Virus record (IMG/VR): IMGVR_UViG_3300042875_000419
Source of the DNA: a virus
Lineage: Duplodnaviria; Heunggongvirae; Uroviricota; Caudoviricetes
Reading direction: 5' to 3' (one strand)
Length of the DNA stretch: 64,000 nucleotides
Both the position numbers and the translations under genes were made by a program. Positions within the stretch are counted from its first letter, which is position 1, and each line of letters starts with the position of its first letter. The notes beneath the pieces were generated by a model. It ran no database searches. It saw only the letters and a list, made by a program, of their open reading frames with translations, and was not told the origin of the DNA. Shown here piece after piece: positions 42,803 through 52,045 of the stretch.

Positions 42803-43578
42803 TAGTTTAAATAGAATTCAACTGGTAACGAATAGCTATTTGTCATTTCTTCTTCTAATTCTTTGATTTCTTCCATAGCTTCTTCATAAATCTTATCACC
42901 GTTCAGCACAACACCACCAGGAAGTTGTACGCCGGCAAACTTTTTAAGATTGTTTCCCCAAGTTCTTTTGATGAGGGCTGTTGCATATTTTTTAAGCCAA
43001 CGGTCATTCCAAACCGATGCGTATTGTGCGGAATCAATCATTGCATATGATTCAGCAATCACTACATCTCCGGCTTTTACGGCTGTGCCCCAACCCCAAT
43101 CACAAAATAGCTTATGCATGTGTCTTTGGAATCGAATAGGTACTTCACCCGTAAACATGATCTCAAGTGAACGTAGGTGTTGCATTGTCAATGTGTAATT
43201 AACATATGATGCAGAAGTAAAGTCGTACAGTTCGTTCAAACGGAGTTGATAACGCAGATCGAACATATTATTTGTGTTGATCGAATCTGATATTGGAAAT
43301 ACTCTTGTTACACCGACAATATTTACTGCATTATTACCTGTATCTCTTGTGACGCTTGGTGACATATTGATATATTTATTTGTGATATCTGTAGCGTCAA
43401 GCTGTTTGATGTAATACACCTTTTGCAGTGCGTCAAAATGGTAGTCTTGCCAGTATGAAAACGCATCATCTATTCTGTCTTCCAGTTGGTCGTCGTCAAT
43501 ATTGATTTCGATCACTGGAAAACCTAATCTACGTAAGCAGTATTCTTTGAATGTTTGTCTATTTGTTACTGATGGCAT
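42802..43578 (-). CDS. gp13: Neck protein
   Basis: LKEY/FKEYCLRRLG.PVI.IN.DD.Q, WL..YATALIK..WG.NL.KF.G..LPGG. Confidence 0.96.
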   Translation of the reverse strand: MPSVTNRQTFKEYCLRRLGFPVIEINIDDDQLEDRIDDAFSYWQDYHFDALQKVYYIKQLDATDITNKYINMSPSVTRDTGNNAVNIVGVTRVFPISDSINTNNMFDLRYQLRLNELYDFTSASYVNYTLTMQHLRSLEIMFTGEVPIRFQRHMHKLFCDWGWGTAVKAGDVVIAESYAMIDSAQYASVWNDRWLKKYATALIKRTWGNNLKKFAGVQLPGGVVLNGDKIYEEAMEEIKELEEEMTNSYSLPVEFYLN

Positions 43579-43639
43579 TATTATACCTTATTTTTAAAAC
43601 TACCAAGTATTTATGCCATCAGTAAATTTGCTTTTGAGT

Positions 43640-44497
43640 CTATTTTAAACCCATTTGTTCTCGAATTTTTGTGGCTGAGATTGAATGTACCTCTTCGGTA
43701 AAAACTTCTTGTTCTATCTTATAACCAACGTCACGCCCGTAGGTAATATTTACAATATTAGGAACAACTTGAATTTCGTATTGGCCTTGATAGAGTGGAT
43801 CTAAGTCTCTGCGAATATAGTTCTTAACTTGCTCGATTGCGAATGGATTACTACCTTGCCATCCTTGACAGTCACGAATTTGAATGACTACCTGACCTGT
43901 CTTAGCGATAGCACGGTTAAACAATGCTCTGTGGCCTGGATGCCATGGCTGCCAACGACCTAACATTTGAACAGTTTCTTTTTGCCAATCGAATCTTGGT
44001 CTACGGCGCTCCTCAAGTATGTGGTTGCCTACGAATTCTACCCATTTTTCTGCGTTTTGTTCGGTGATTCTAAAGTCGTAAACATCTGGTGGTACAAATG
44101 CTTTATTCGTATCATCATATCTGCCAGCATCAATTGTGTCCATCCAAATCGTCCAATCAGCTTTAAAATTGTGACGCATTTCTGGTAGAGGTGCAACAAA
44201 GTCGCAAATGACAAATTCACCACTACACTTCATTGCAAACTCAAACATTCGTATACTTTGACGAATGCGACCTTCTTTACTAAAATCCCAATCGTTAAAT
44301 CTTTTGCGAACTTCGTCTGCATTAAACCAATCGACACTAACTTTCCAGATTGAGTGGTCTGGAATTCCTTCACAATTTAAAACTTTACCAGGTGATATCT
44401 TCATGATATCACCATTATCTTCTAGATACTTTTTAAGTCTTTCTGCGAGATATGTTTTTCCTGAACCAGGAAGACCCATTACTAGAATTTTTTTCAT
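43640..44497 (-). CDS. Adenylylsulfate-kinase-like P-loop domain fused to a nucleotidyltransferase-like domain
   Basis: MGLPGSGKT, NADEVR, R.RQ, DFVAP; then MLGRWQPWHPGH and ISAT.IR. Confidence 0.8.
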   Translation of the reverse strand: MKKILVMGLPGSGKTYLAERLKKYLEDNGDIMKISPGKVLNCEGIPDHSIWKVSVDWFNADEVRKRFNDWDFSKEGRIRQSIRMFEFAMKCSGEFVICDFVAPLPEMRHNFKADWTIWMDTIDAGRYDDTNKAFVPPDVYDFRITEQNAEKWVEFVGNHILEERRRPRFDWQKETVQMLGRWQPWHPGHRALFNRAIAKTGQVVIQIRDCQGWQGSNPFAIEQVKNYIRRDLDPLYQGQYEIQVVPNIVNITYGRDVGYKIEQEVFTEEVHSISATKIREQMGLK

Positions 44498-45255
44498 AAT
44501 CTTACGATGTCCTTTTCTTCACATAATTTACCATATTGAATTTCAATGATGCACAGCTTTTCATCTGTATCTGCTTTGATCATGTGCCATTGACCAACAG
44601 AAACATGATGGGTTTCATGCTTATATATAGTCTTCAGTTTTATGATGTTTTCACCGTCTAGTGTGTATATTGTTCCTGCACCAGATTCGATGAACCAGAA
44701 TTCGTTTCTTCTCAGGTGATATTGCATCGAAATTGATTTACCTGGCTCGATCACCAATCTTTTGACCTTCGACTCTTTAGTGTCGTAATAGGTCTTTGAA
44801 TCGCCCCAAATTCTTTTTTCAGTTGATTGATTCCAATCATACAATAAAGAACTGGAACTATTTTTTTTATTTTGGCCGCCTATACCGAATTGAAATGATA
44901 CTTTGGGTTGGTCACGAAAAACTTCCAGTTCGGGAATATTGCCTTCTGTTCTATCGCCGCCGTTGACAAAAATAATTTTGTTTTTTGGAAACAAATTCAT
45001 AACCTGTCGAATAGCGTCCGATGCTGTGTCATCTGAGTCATCAAAAGCAATTACACATAAAATGTCTTTAAACTCATCAAGAACGGCTTTACGCTCTTCG
45101 AAAGTTAAAAATGGCTTACCTTTTTTACGTGTAAGCCATTCGTCTGAGTTTAAACCGATTACGACTCTACCCAGTTTTCTTGCTTCTTTAATGCAAGAAA
45201 TATGTCCACTGTGAATTGGATCAAAACCACCTGTAAAAATAACAATATTGTCCAT
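44494..45255 (-). CDS. Cytidylyl/adenylyltransferase fused to cupin (mannose-6-phosphate isomerase type II-like)
   Basis: GGFDPIHSGH, GLNSD.WL.RKKG, NGGDR; then S.QYH..R.E.W and IIEIQYG. Confidence 0.88.
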   Translation of the reverse strand: MDNIVIFTGGFDPIHSGHISCIKEARKLGRVVIGLNSDEWLTRKKGKPFLTFEERKAVLDEFKDILCVIAFDDSDDTASDAIRQVMNLFPKNKIIFVNGGDRTEGNIPELEVFRDQPKVSFQFGIGGQNKKNSSSSLLYDWNQSTEKRIWGDSKTYYDTKESKVKRLVIEPGKSISMQYHLRRNEFWFIESGAGTIYTLDGENIIKLKTIYKHETHHVSVGQWHMIKADTDEKLCIIEIQYGKLCEEKDIVRL

Positions 45256-45270
45256 AATATAAATCAGTTT

Positions 45271-45555
45271 TTAAACTGTGTCTTCGTCCGCAGGCCAAAT
45301 ATCTTCGGCAAGTTTTGCTTCACCAGTTGTAATTGCTGCGGTGAGGTCAGCAATATCTTCACCAGAATCGATTATTTCCTGATCAGAAACGACCAACTTC
45401 AGATGCGAAACGTTACGATCAATATTACCTTTGGCATTTTCGTTTGGTGTTCCGCCGGCATTCAGTTTTTCGATTTCATCTGTAATGACCCAAACGCTGT
45501 CTCTAGCGGATCGAATAGTGCCTCGAATTTGTTCGATTGTGCGTGGTGTTTCCAT
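45271..45555 (-). CDS. Hypothetical protein
   Basis: 94-aa acidic ORF in the operon. Confidence 0.75.
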   Translation of the reverse strand: METPRTIEQIRGTIRSARDSVWVITDEIEKLNAGGTPNENAKGNIDRNVSHLKLVVSDQEIIDSGEDIADLTAAITTGEAKLAEDIWPADEDTV

Positions 45556-45557
45556 TT

Positions 45558-46526
45558 TTATGCTCCTATTAGTTTTTCATTATTTGTTGATGAGTTATTA
45601 TCAACATCATCCGTTACAGATTCTTGATATGTTGTATCGCCGGTATTTATATCTTCTTCAATTGATCTCCAAAATTCAGAACCTTCACATGCTTTAAGTA
45701 TTGATTCTGGAAGAATTTCTTCTGGATTAATTCCAGATTTTCCTACCGATTTGCGAATGTCGTGCATGTCCGAAAAGCCATAAACTTCAGCGTCATTTTC
45801 TTTATGCACATTTTCTAAATTTTCATAATCGTGTGCTTCGTAATATTCTTCACCAAGAAATTCATATAACTTTCGCATGGTAGCTTCAGCATTTGTAACT
45901 AGGTCCTCATACTCTACAAAATGAAGGTTCTTTTGTTTGCCTTCCATCAATGCTTGTTTGAGACCAGTATAGCTCTGACCAACAATTCCCATTTCGGACA
46001 TAAGTAGTTGGCAACGATTTTCATCAGTGAGTGAAATATTCGACTTTACAAGCATCTCATCAAGAAAGTTTATTTTACCATTCACTTCATATGGATTTCT
46101 CTTGTGCATTGCGATGAATGAAGATAAGATTTCGGAGGTGTTTCTCACTGGGCAAATAATTTTAGCTTCACATCCGAAGTATCCTGGAATATAATGAATA
46201 CGGTTGACCCATGACCGATTTTTGTCAAAGATTACCGGTTCCTCAACATCACTATAATAGTGTTTAATCACATTTGCGATAATTTGTCCAGCTTGTTCAT
46301 TTTTTGGAAATGCTCGGAAAAGTTCATCTTGAGATATTTGTTGTTCTAACATGATCATCAAACCAGTTACTGGAGAACTGGGACCAGAATAAAATCGTGG
46401 ATTTTGATTTAAAATCGCAGAGAGCATTGTGCTACCTGAACGGGGTAGTCCTGCCATAAAGTAATAAGTCTTTTCCTGTGCGCGAGCCATTTCTTCACGG
46501 ATAATTTCTTTAATCATTTCTTTCAT
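45558..46526 (-). CDS. Sulfotransferase-family protein
   Basis: 5'-PSB loop GLPRSGSTML, DKNRSW, VRN...I..S, YEDLV. Confidence 0.88.
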   Translation of the reverse strand: MKEMIKEIIREEMARAQEKTYYFMAGLPRSGSTMLSAILNQNPRFYSGPSSPVTGLMIMLEQQISQDELFRAFPKNEQAGQIIANVIKHYYSDVEEPVIFDKNRSWVNRIHYIPGYFGCEAKIICPVRNTSEILSSFIAMHKRNPYEVNGKINFLDEMLVKSNISLTDENRCQLLMSEMGIVGQSYTGLKQALMEGKQKNLHFVEYEDLVTNAEATMRKLYEFLGEEYYEAHDYENLENVHKENDAEVYGFSDMHDIRKSVGKSGINPEEILPESILKACEGSEFWRSIEEDINTGDTTYQESVTDDVDNNSSTNNEKLIGA

Positions 46527-46541
46527 TTCACATTGTCCTTT

Positions 46542-47447
46542 TCATTGTTTATCAACAGAATCTATGATCTTATTTATGTCGTATAGTTGAGTTGTTTCTG
46601 TGTATGGATACTCAACCTCATTCCCATTAAAGTCAAAATCAAACAGATAGCTTCCTGGAAGTTTAAAATCATAAGGAACATCTGTTGTAATATTGTCGTG
46701 TAAGTCATAGCCGAATACTTTGGGACTTGTTCCATTCCACAATACGGTAGACTTGCGATTCATTGCCGCAGCCGCATGTTGCAAACATGAATCTATTAAA
46801 ATTCTTTTTTTCGCATGAAGTAAAACACTAAAAAATTCCATAAGGCTGAGAACTTTTGTTGGTGTTCCATAGATGTGTTCTGCGCCGATCAACTTTACCG
46901 AATTCATTTTAGTTACTTGATAGATGTGATAATTATTCTTGTAGTGATCAACCAATTTTTGAGCAACATCTTCTGGCATATCACGGGTCCAAGAATGTGA
47001 TTTTGCATCTGGTGACATTGGACCACCATTTGTCTGTATCAACATTATCGGTTTCTTACGATTCCAAAATTGTTTTGATACATCAAACTGGAGTTTATTA
47101 AATTTTAGTTCAGGCTTCTCACCTGAATAGGCGAGTCCATACAACTCACACCAGTTTGGTATAAGTGATTTTCTCTTATGAATATGATTCGTGGTATAGT
47201 AAGGCTCATGATGAAAAATTATCGAATCTTTTTCATGAATGTATTCTTGGTAAAAATATTGTGTTGCACCTATTTGATACACTCTATCAACGAACGGAAG
47301 GTTAATGAATATGTCTGTATATGCACAAACAATAATCAGTTTACGATCTGGGTGGTTGTTTTTAATTGCTCTTGCAACTGCGGTTGCGGCGATATGTTTA
47401 CCAATTCCACCTTGAATGTGAAATATACTGTATTTTTGGTTGCTCAT
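46542..47447 (-). CDS. GT9/heptosyltransferase-like glycosyltransferase
   Basis: GGIGKHI..T, I..DS...HAAAA....TVLW..T.P..FGY. Confidence 0.75.
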   Translation of the reverse strand: MSNQKYSIFHIQGGIGKHIAATAVARAIKNNHPDRKLIIVCAYTDIFINLPFVDRVYQIGATQYFYQEYIHEKDSIIFHHEPYYTTNHIHKRKSLIPNWCELYGLAYSGEKPELKFNKLQFDVSKQFWNRKKPIMLIQTNGGPMSPDAKSHSWTRDMPEDVAQKLVDHYKNNYHIYQVTKMNSVKLIGAEHIYGTPTKVLSLMEFFSVLLHAKKRILIDSCLQHAAAAMNRKSTVLWNGTSPKVFGYDLHDNITTDVPYDFKLPGSYLFDFDFNGNEVEYPYTETTQLYDINKIIDSVDKQ

Positions 47448-48739
47448 TTATTCATCACTCTTTCTAATACTGTAAAACCATTATTATTTGTTTTATATAT
47501 CTTGAATTTCCAGTGCGGATTCTTGATAATAAACTCTATGATTGCCGATAAAAGGCCGTTTCCCTCTTTTGTATTCTCACCTGTGAGTCCAAATGTCATA
47601 GTATCATGGAAAGCCAAATATTTTCTAGCTTTGTTTCCGTGTAATTGAAGTTCCTGTTTAAGCTGACTATAGGTGTGGTAAGTGTCAATGAAGAGTAAGT
47701 CAGTTTCTTCAATCTCAATTTTGAGTACATCTGCCTTTATATATTCAGCATCTCTTCCAATCGATTTTGCATACTTAAAAAGACTTTCGACTTTTGAATC
47801 TAAATTCAAGTCATATGATATTAACTTATTCACACCAGAGTAAAGTAGTGCTCTCGTACTAACACCAGTTCTAACGCCCATTTCTGTTACATGTGTGCAT
47901 TCTTTTGCTAGATCATAAAGAATGTGTACGTTTTCGTTTATGTCGGAAATAACATTTCTAGCTTTATTGTATTCCGATTCTAACACATTATTTGGTGTTT
48001 GTTCATAATTTGCAGATATCATATTTTTTGGGATGTCCCAATTTTTTCCATTTTCAAAGTGATCAAAACGAATTAGATTTTTACAGTCAAGTATCAATCG
48101 TTTATGAATATCCGTTTTGTGATCGTGTCGCTTCAGTGTCTCAGAGATTGTACCCTTGATTCTGTTAGTATTTATGGCGTAGATTTTCTTTGCTTTTTGT
48201 GCCAAGTAATCATCACCAAACCATACCTTATAGAGGCTAGGTATCTGGCAATATGTGTCTTTCTGCATGAACATACATATACCAAATGCCCATGCTTGAG
48301 AGCCAATAGGCTTTGTTCTGTCATAGTTCAGATGAACAATTTTTTCATCCGTTTCTATGTAATCGTCAATCTTATAGTTGTCGTGATAGCCACGAAGGTT
48401 CACACCGACCAGATCACCAGTGTTCATTCCTTGATCAGATATCATTTTAAATATAGATTCTTCTATCGTGATATCGTCATTTGCAATACATAAAAGATTA
48501 GACTTTGCTGCTGAAACACCCTCATTCCATGCCGGATTGACGTACATGTTAAAGCCATAACTGATCAGTTGGACCTTTTTATGTTTGAGTAAATCTGTCT
48601 TTGGCTTTCGTGATTTGTTATTGTCGATTATAATGATCGACCTCACTGAGTCATAAGAGATATATTTTTCTAAAGATTTTAAAAAACTTTTAGCAGCCCA
48701 CATCGTGGGTATAATAATGTCAAATTGTTTGCTCATCAC
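47444..48739 (-). CDS. GT2 glycosyltransferase fused to class I methyltransferase
   Basis: IIIPT, IIDN, WNEG, NDD; then EMGVR.G.ST, DLLFIDT.HTY.QL..EL, HDT. Confidence 0.85.
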   Translation of the reverse strand: MMSKQFDIIIPTMWAAKSFLKSLEKYISYDSVRSIIIIDNNKSRKPKTDLLKHKKVQLISYGFNMYVNPAWNEGVSAAKSNLLCIANDDITIEESIFKMISDQGMNTGDLVGVNLRGYHDNYKIDDYIETDEKIVHLNYDRTKPIGSQAWAFGICMFMQKDTYCQIPSLYKVWFGDDYLAQKAKKIYAINTNRIKGTISETLKRHDHKTDIHKRLILDCKNLIRFDHFENGKNWDIPKNMISANYEQTPNNVLESEYNKARNVISDINENVHILYDLAKECTHVTEMGVRTGVSTRALLYSGVNKLISYDLNLDSKVESLFKYAKSIGRDAEYIKADVLKIEIEETDLLFIDTYHTYSQLKQELQLHGNKARKYLAFHDTMTFGLTGENTKEGNGLLSAIIEFIIKNPHWKFKIYKTNNNGFTVLERVMNK

Positions 48740-49386
48740 AAAAGAGAAGAATTGCTTTTCTTAAAGTCGCCTTTGTACATTTTATTACCGATGTGCGACA
48801 CTGTATGGTGTGGGTTACACCAGATTGTGTAACCTAATTCTTTGATTTTTTTGGACAATGTAATGTCTTCGCCAACAAACCCACCATCTGAATATGTATA
48901 CTCACAGATGTTTCTTAGTTGTTTGCCTCGGAAATTTAATTCGGTATTTGATTCCCAGAGATCGACTATGACTTTACGAGATAGTTTTAGGAAACCTGTT
49001 CCTGATTTTTCAACCTTTACATAACCATCGGTTGGATCAATCTCTGGAGTCTTAGGAAGCCAAATATTATATGATATATCTTTATCACCTTTGTTCACAA
49101 CGGGGACTGTGATAACATCTTTTTCCGATAAGATGATATCTATTAAAACAGATTCTTTCCAATATTCGTCATCATCGATGAATACCATTATATCGTAATT
49201 TTCTTTGTGTGCTAATGTAAAAAGTTCATTCCGAGCCATTGGAAGAATACTTTCATTTGCAAGAAATACACAGCGAATATCTAGGTCGTGTTTGAGACCT
49301 AACTTTATCGACTCACAAAGGCTATGCACAAAATATGCATCAACCTTTTGGTCCAAACATGGCGTAGCAATCAAAACTTTCTTCAT
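48736..49386 (-). CDS. Glycosyltransferase-like (GT-A) protein, paralogue of 18519-19316
   Basis: LIATP, ESILPMARN, FIDDD, GTGF, GED..L. Confidence 0.78.
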   Translation of the reverse strand: MKKVLIATPCLDQKVDAYFVHSLCESIKLGLKHDLDIRCVFLANESILPMARNELFTLAHKENYDIMVFIDDDEYWKESVLIDIILSEKDVITVPVVNKGDKDISYNIWLPKTPEIDPTDGYVKVEKSGTGFLKLSRKVIVDLWESNTELNFRGKQLRNICEYTYSDGGFVGEDITLSKKIKELGYTIWCNPHHTVSHIGNKMYKGDFKKSNSSLL

Positions 49387-49421
49387 AACAATCCTTTCAC
49401 GTTCACATTATATATCCATGT

Positions 49422-52010
49422 TTAATTTGCTCTCTCAATAGCTGTAATTCTAGCTCTGAGTTCATCAACTTCTACTGTCAATTCGTTCACTGCGTTCACA
49501 AGAATGGGTATCAAATAATCATTAGTAACTTGAAGTTTATCTGGTTCTTCATTAGAAACTACAACATTGCTATCACCTTCAGCTTCAAGAATTTCTTGAG
49601 CAGAGAAACCGTAACGGCGCTTGCCATTAGGATCGGTTATTTCATTTGTTTCTCTGTTCTTGAATGCAAACTCGATTGGATTAATTTTCTTTAAGAACCC
49701 ACGGCCGTGTGGCACATTACCAAAAATACATTTATCCCGAATATCGGAAACTGTGGTCCATGCAATTTGTATTTGGGCGCAAGTGTGAGTATTGTTACCC
49801 ATAATGATGCGGCCATTTTGTGTTGTAATGTTGGCAAGACCAACGGGTAGACCTGCGCCAGAATTGCAGCCAAATAATAAGTTGCTGGAGCCAGTGGTGT
49901 TGCAGAGACCAGCATTGGCACCAATGAAGATGTTGTTACAACCAGTGGTGTTATTGAGACCAGAACAGAAACCAGCAAAGAAGTTGTTGCTGCCAATGGT
50001 ACTAGCGAAACCAGCAAATAAACCAATAAACGTGTTGTGGCAACCAGTGGTGTTTCTGAAACCAGCACAGTTACCAGCAAAAGCGTTAAAGCAGCCAGAG
50101 GTGTTGCAGAAACCAGCATTTAAACCAAAGAAGTTGTTGAAGCTGCCAGTGGTATTGTTGCGACCAGCACAGAAACCAGCAAAGAAGTTGTGGCTACCGG
50201 TGGTGTTGAAGAGACCAGCACACAGACCAAAGAAGTTGTTGAAGTTGCCAGTGGTGTTGCAAAGACCAGCACAGCCACCAATGAAGTTGTTGTAGCTACC
50301 GGTGGTGTTGAATCGACCAGCACAAGCACCAAAGAAGTTGTTGAAGTTGCCAGCGGTGTTGCAGCAACCAGCATAAGTACCAATGAAGTTGTTGCCCTGG
50401 CCAGTGGTATTGTTGCGACCAGCACTACAACCAATAAAGTTGTTGTTGCCGCCGGTGGTGTTGTTGAAACCAGCAGTAGAACCAAAGAAGTTGTTGTTGG
50501 TGCCAGTGGTATTGAAACGACCAGCATTTGGGCCAAAGAAGTTGTTGTTGCAACCGGTGGTGTTGTAACGTCCAGCATAGCAACCAATGAAGGTGTTGAA
50601 GGAGCCAGTGGTGTTGACTCGACCAGCACTGTGGCCAAAGAAGTTGTTGTAACCGCCGGTGGTGTTATTGCGACCAGCATTGACACCAAAGAAGTTGTTG
50701 TAGGAGCCAGTGGTGTTGCAGCGACCAGCACCGTTACCAAAGAAGTTGTTATGTGCGCCAGTGGTGTTGTAACGTCCAGCATCAGAACCAATAAAGTTGT
50801 TGTTGCCGCCGGTGGTGTTGTTGCGGCCGGCACAGCAACCAAAGAAGTTGTTGTAGCAGCCAGTGGTATTGAAACGACCAGCTTCTCCAAAGAAGTTGTT
50901 GTGGCTGCCAGTGGTGTTGCAGACACCAGCACAGAAACCAGCAAAGAAGTTGTTTGTTCCTGTTCCACCACCACCAGAAATGCAGCTTACAATGTTTGTT
51001 GTATTACATACGTTGAAACTTGTGGTGCCTGTTGAACCTATGGGTCCGATAGGTCCGATTGGTCCAATAGGTCCTTGATTACCAATAGGTCCAATAGGTC
51101 CTTGATTACCAATAGGTCCGATAGGTCCCTGTGGTCCGATAGGTCCAATAGGTCCGATAGGTCCTAATGGACCGATGGGTCCCTGTGGTCCGATAGGTCC
51201 AATAGGTCCAATAGGTCCTAATGGTCCGATGGGTCCCTGTGGTCCGATAGGTCCCTGTGGTCCGATAGGTCCAATGGGTCCGATAGGTCCTAATGGACCG
51301 ATGGGTCCCTGTGGTCCGATAGGTCCAATGGGTCCGATAGGTCCGATGGGACCCTGTGGTCCGATAGGTCCAATGGGTCCGATAGGTCCTAATGGTCCGA
51401 TAGGTCCCTGTGGTCCGATAGGTCCAATGGGTCCGATAGGTCCTAATGGACCGATGGGTCCCTGTGGTCCGATAGGTCCAATGGGTCCGATAGGTCCGAT
51501 GGGACCCTGTGGTCCGATAGGTCCAATGGGTCCGATAGGTCCTAATGGTCCGATAGGTCCCTGTGGTCCGGTTGGTCCTATTAATCCAGAATTTGGTCCA
51601 GTCCATGTTCCTGTGCTACTAATGACTTGGCCGAATCCTTGTATTCTCAAAGAAGAAACGTTAGCAGAACCTGTAACTTGCAGTTTAGAAACACCATCAG
51701 TTGCTGTTCCACCAACCAAAACACTACCGGAATATTGTGCAAGTTTGACTGTGCCTGTATCCAATACTTCAATTGAAGGTATACCAGATACGTCATTGAC
51801 AGAGAAAATTGTACCAGTCAAATCATTTGTGACAGAAAACAATTGTCCCGCAGAACCTTCAAACGACAATGTGCCGTTAGAAGTGGGTAAAGCCCTTACA
51901 GTAATTGGAAATAAACCGGCAGTGTTTGCGCCCGTGAATACAATGCTAGGATCGTCTGTCGTTGATCCAGTTCTCGGTGTGATTAAAATATTCTTGTCTG
52001 AGTTTGCCAT
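49422..52010 (-). CDS. Fibre protein: collagen-like segment, 17-aa Asn/Cys repeats, C-terminal intramolecular chaperone (peptidase S74-like)
   Basis: GPI repeats, ~21 NTTGxxNNFFGxxAGxx units, SD.RDK...YGF.AQE...L.P.LVNA..EL. Confidence 0.88.
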   Translation of the reverse strand: MANSDKNILITPRTGSTTDDPSIVFTGANTAGLFPITVRALPTSNGTLSFEGSAGQLFSVTNDLTGTIFSVNDVSGIPSIEVLDTGTVKLAQYSGSVLVGGTATDGVSKLQVTGSANVSSLRIQGFGQVISSTGTWTGPNSGLIGPTGPQGPIGPLGPIGPIGPIGPQGPIGPIGPIGPIGPQGPIGPLGPIGPIGPIGPQGPIGPLGPIGPIGPIGPQGPIGPIGPIGPIGPQGPIGPLGPIGPIGPIGPQGPIGPQGPIGPLGPIGPIGPIGPQGPIGPLGPIGPIGPIGPQGPIGPIGNQGPIGPIGNQGPIGPIGPIGPIGSTGTTSFNVCNTTNIVSCISGGGGTGTNNFFAGFCAGVCNTTGSHNNFFGEAGRFNTTGCYNNFFGCCAGRNNTTGGNNNFIGSDAGRYNTTGAHNNFFGNGAGRCNTTGSYNNFFGVNAGRNNTTGGYNNFFGHSAGRVNTTGSFNTFIGCYAGRYNTTGCNNNFFGPNAGRFNTTGTNNNFFGSTAGFNNTTGGNNNFIGCSAGRNNTTGQGNNFIGTYAGCCNTAGNFNNFFGACAGRFNTTGSYNNFIGGCAGLCNTTGNFNNFFGLCAGLFNTTGSHNFFAGFCAGRNNTTGSFNNFFGLNAGFCNTSGCFNAFAGNCAGFRNTTGCHNTFIGLFAGFASTIGSNNFFAGFCSGLNNTTGCNNIFIGANAGLCNTTGSSNLLFGCNSGAGLPVGLANITTQNGRIIMGNNTHTCAQIQIAWTTVSDIRDKCIFGNVPHGRGFLKKINPIEFAFKNRETNEITDPNGKRRYGFSAQEILEAEGDSNVVVSNEEPDKLQVTNDYLIPILVNAVNELTVEVDELRARITAIERAN
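49860..50960 (-). repeat. 51-nt (17-aa) tandem repeats
   Basis: gccagtgg recurs every 51 nt (for example 50706 and 50757), with one 48-nt unit. Confidence 0.9.
51035..51590 (-). repeat. Collagen-like Gly-Pro-X repeats
   Basis: 9-nt period; [18 protein letters not shown] blocks. Confidence 0.95.
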
Positions 52011-52045
52011 GATGTTATTCTTTTTATTGGTACCAATGGTATTTA

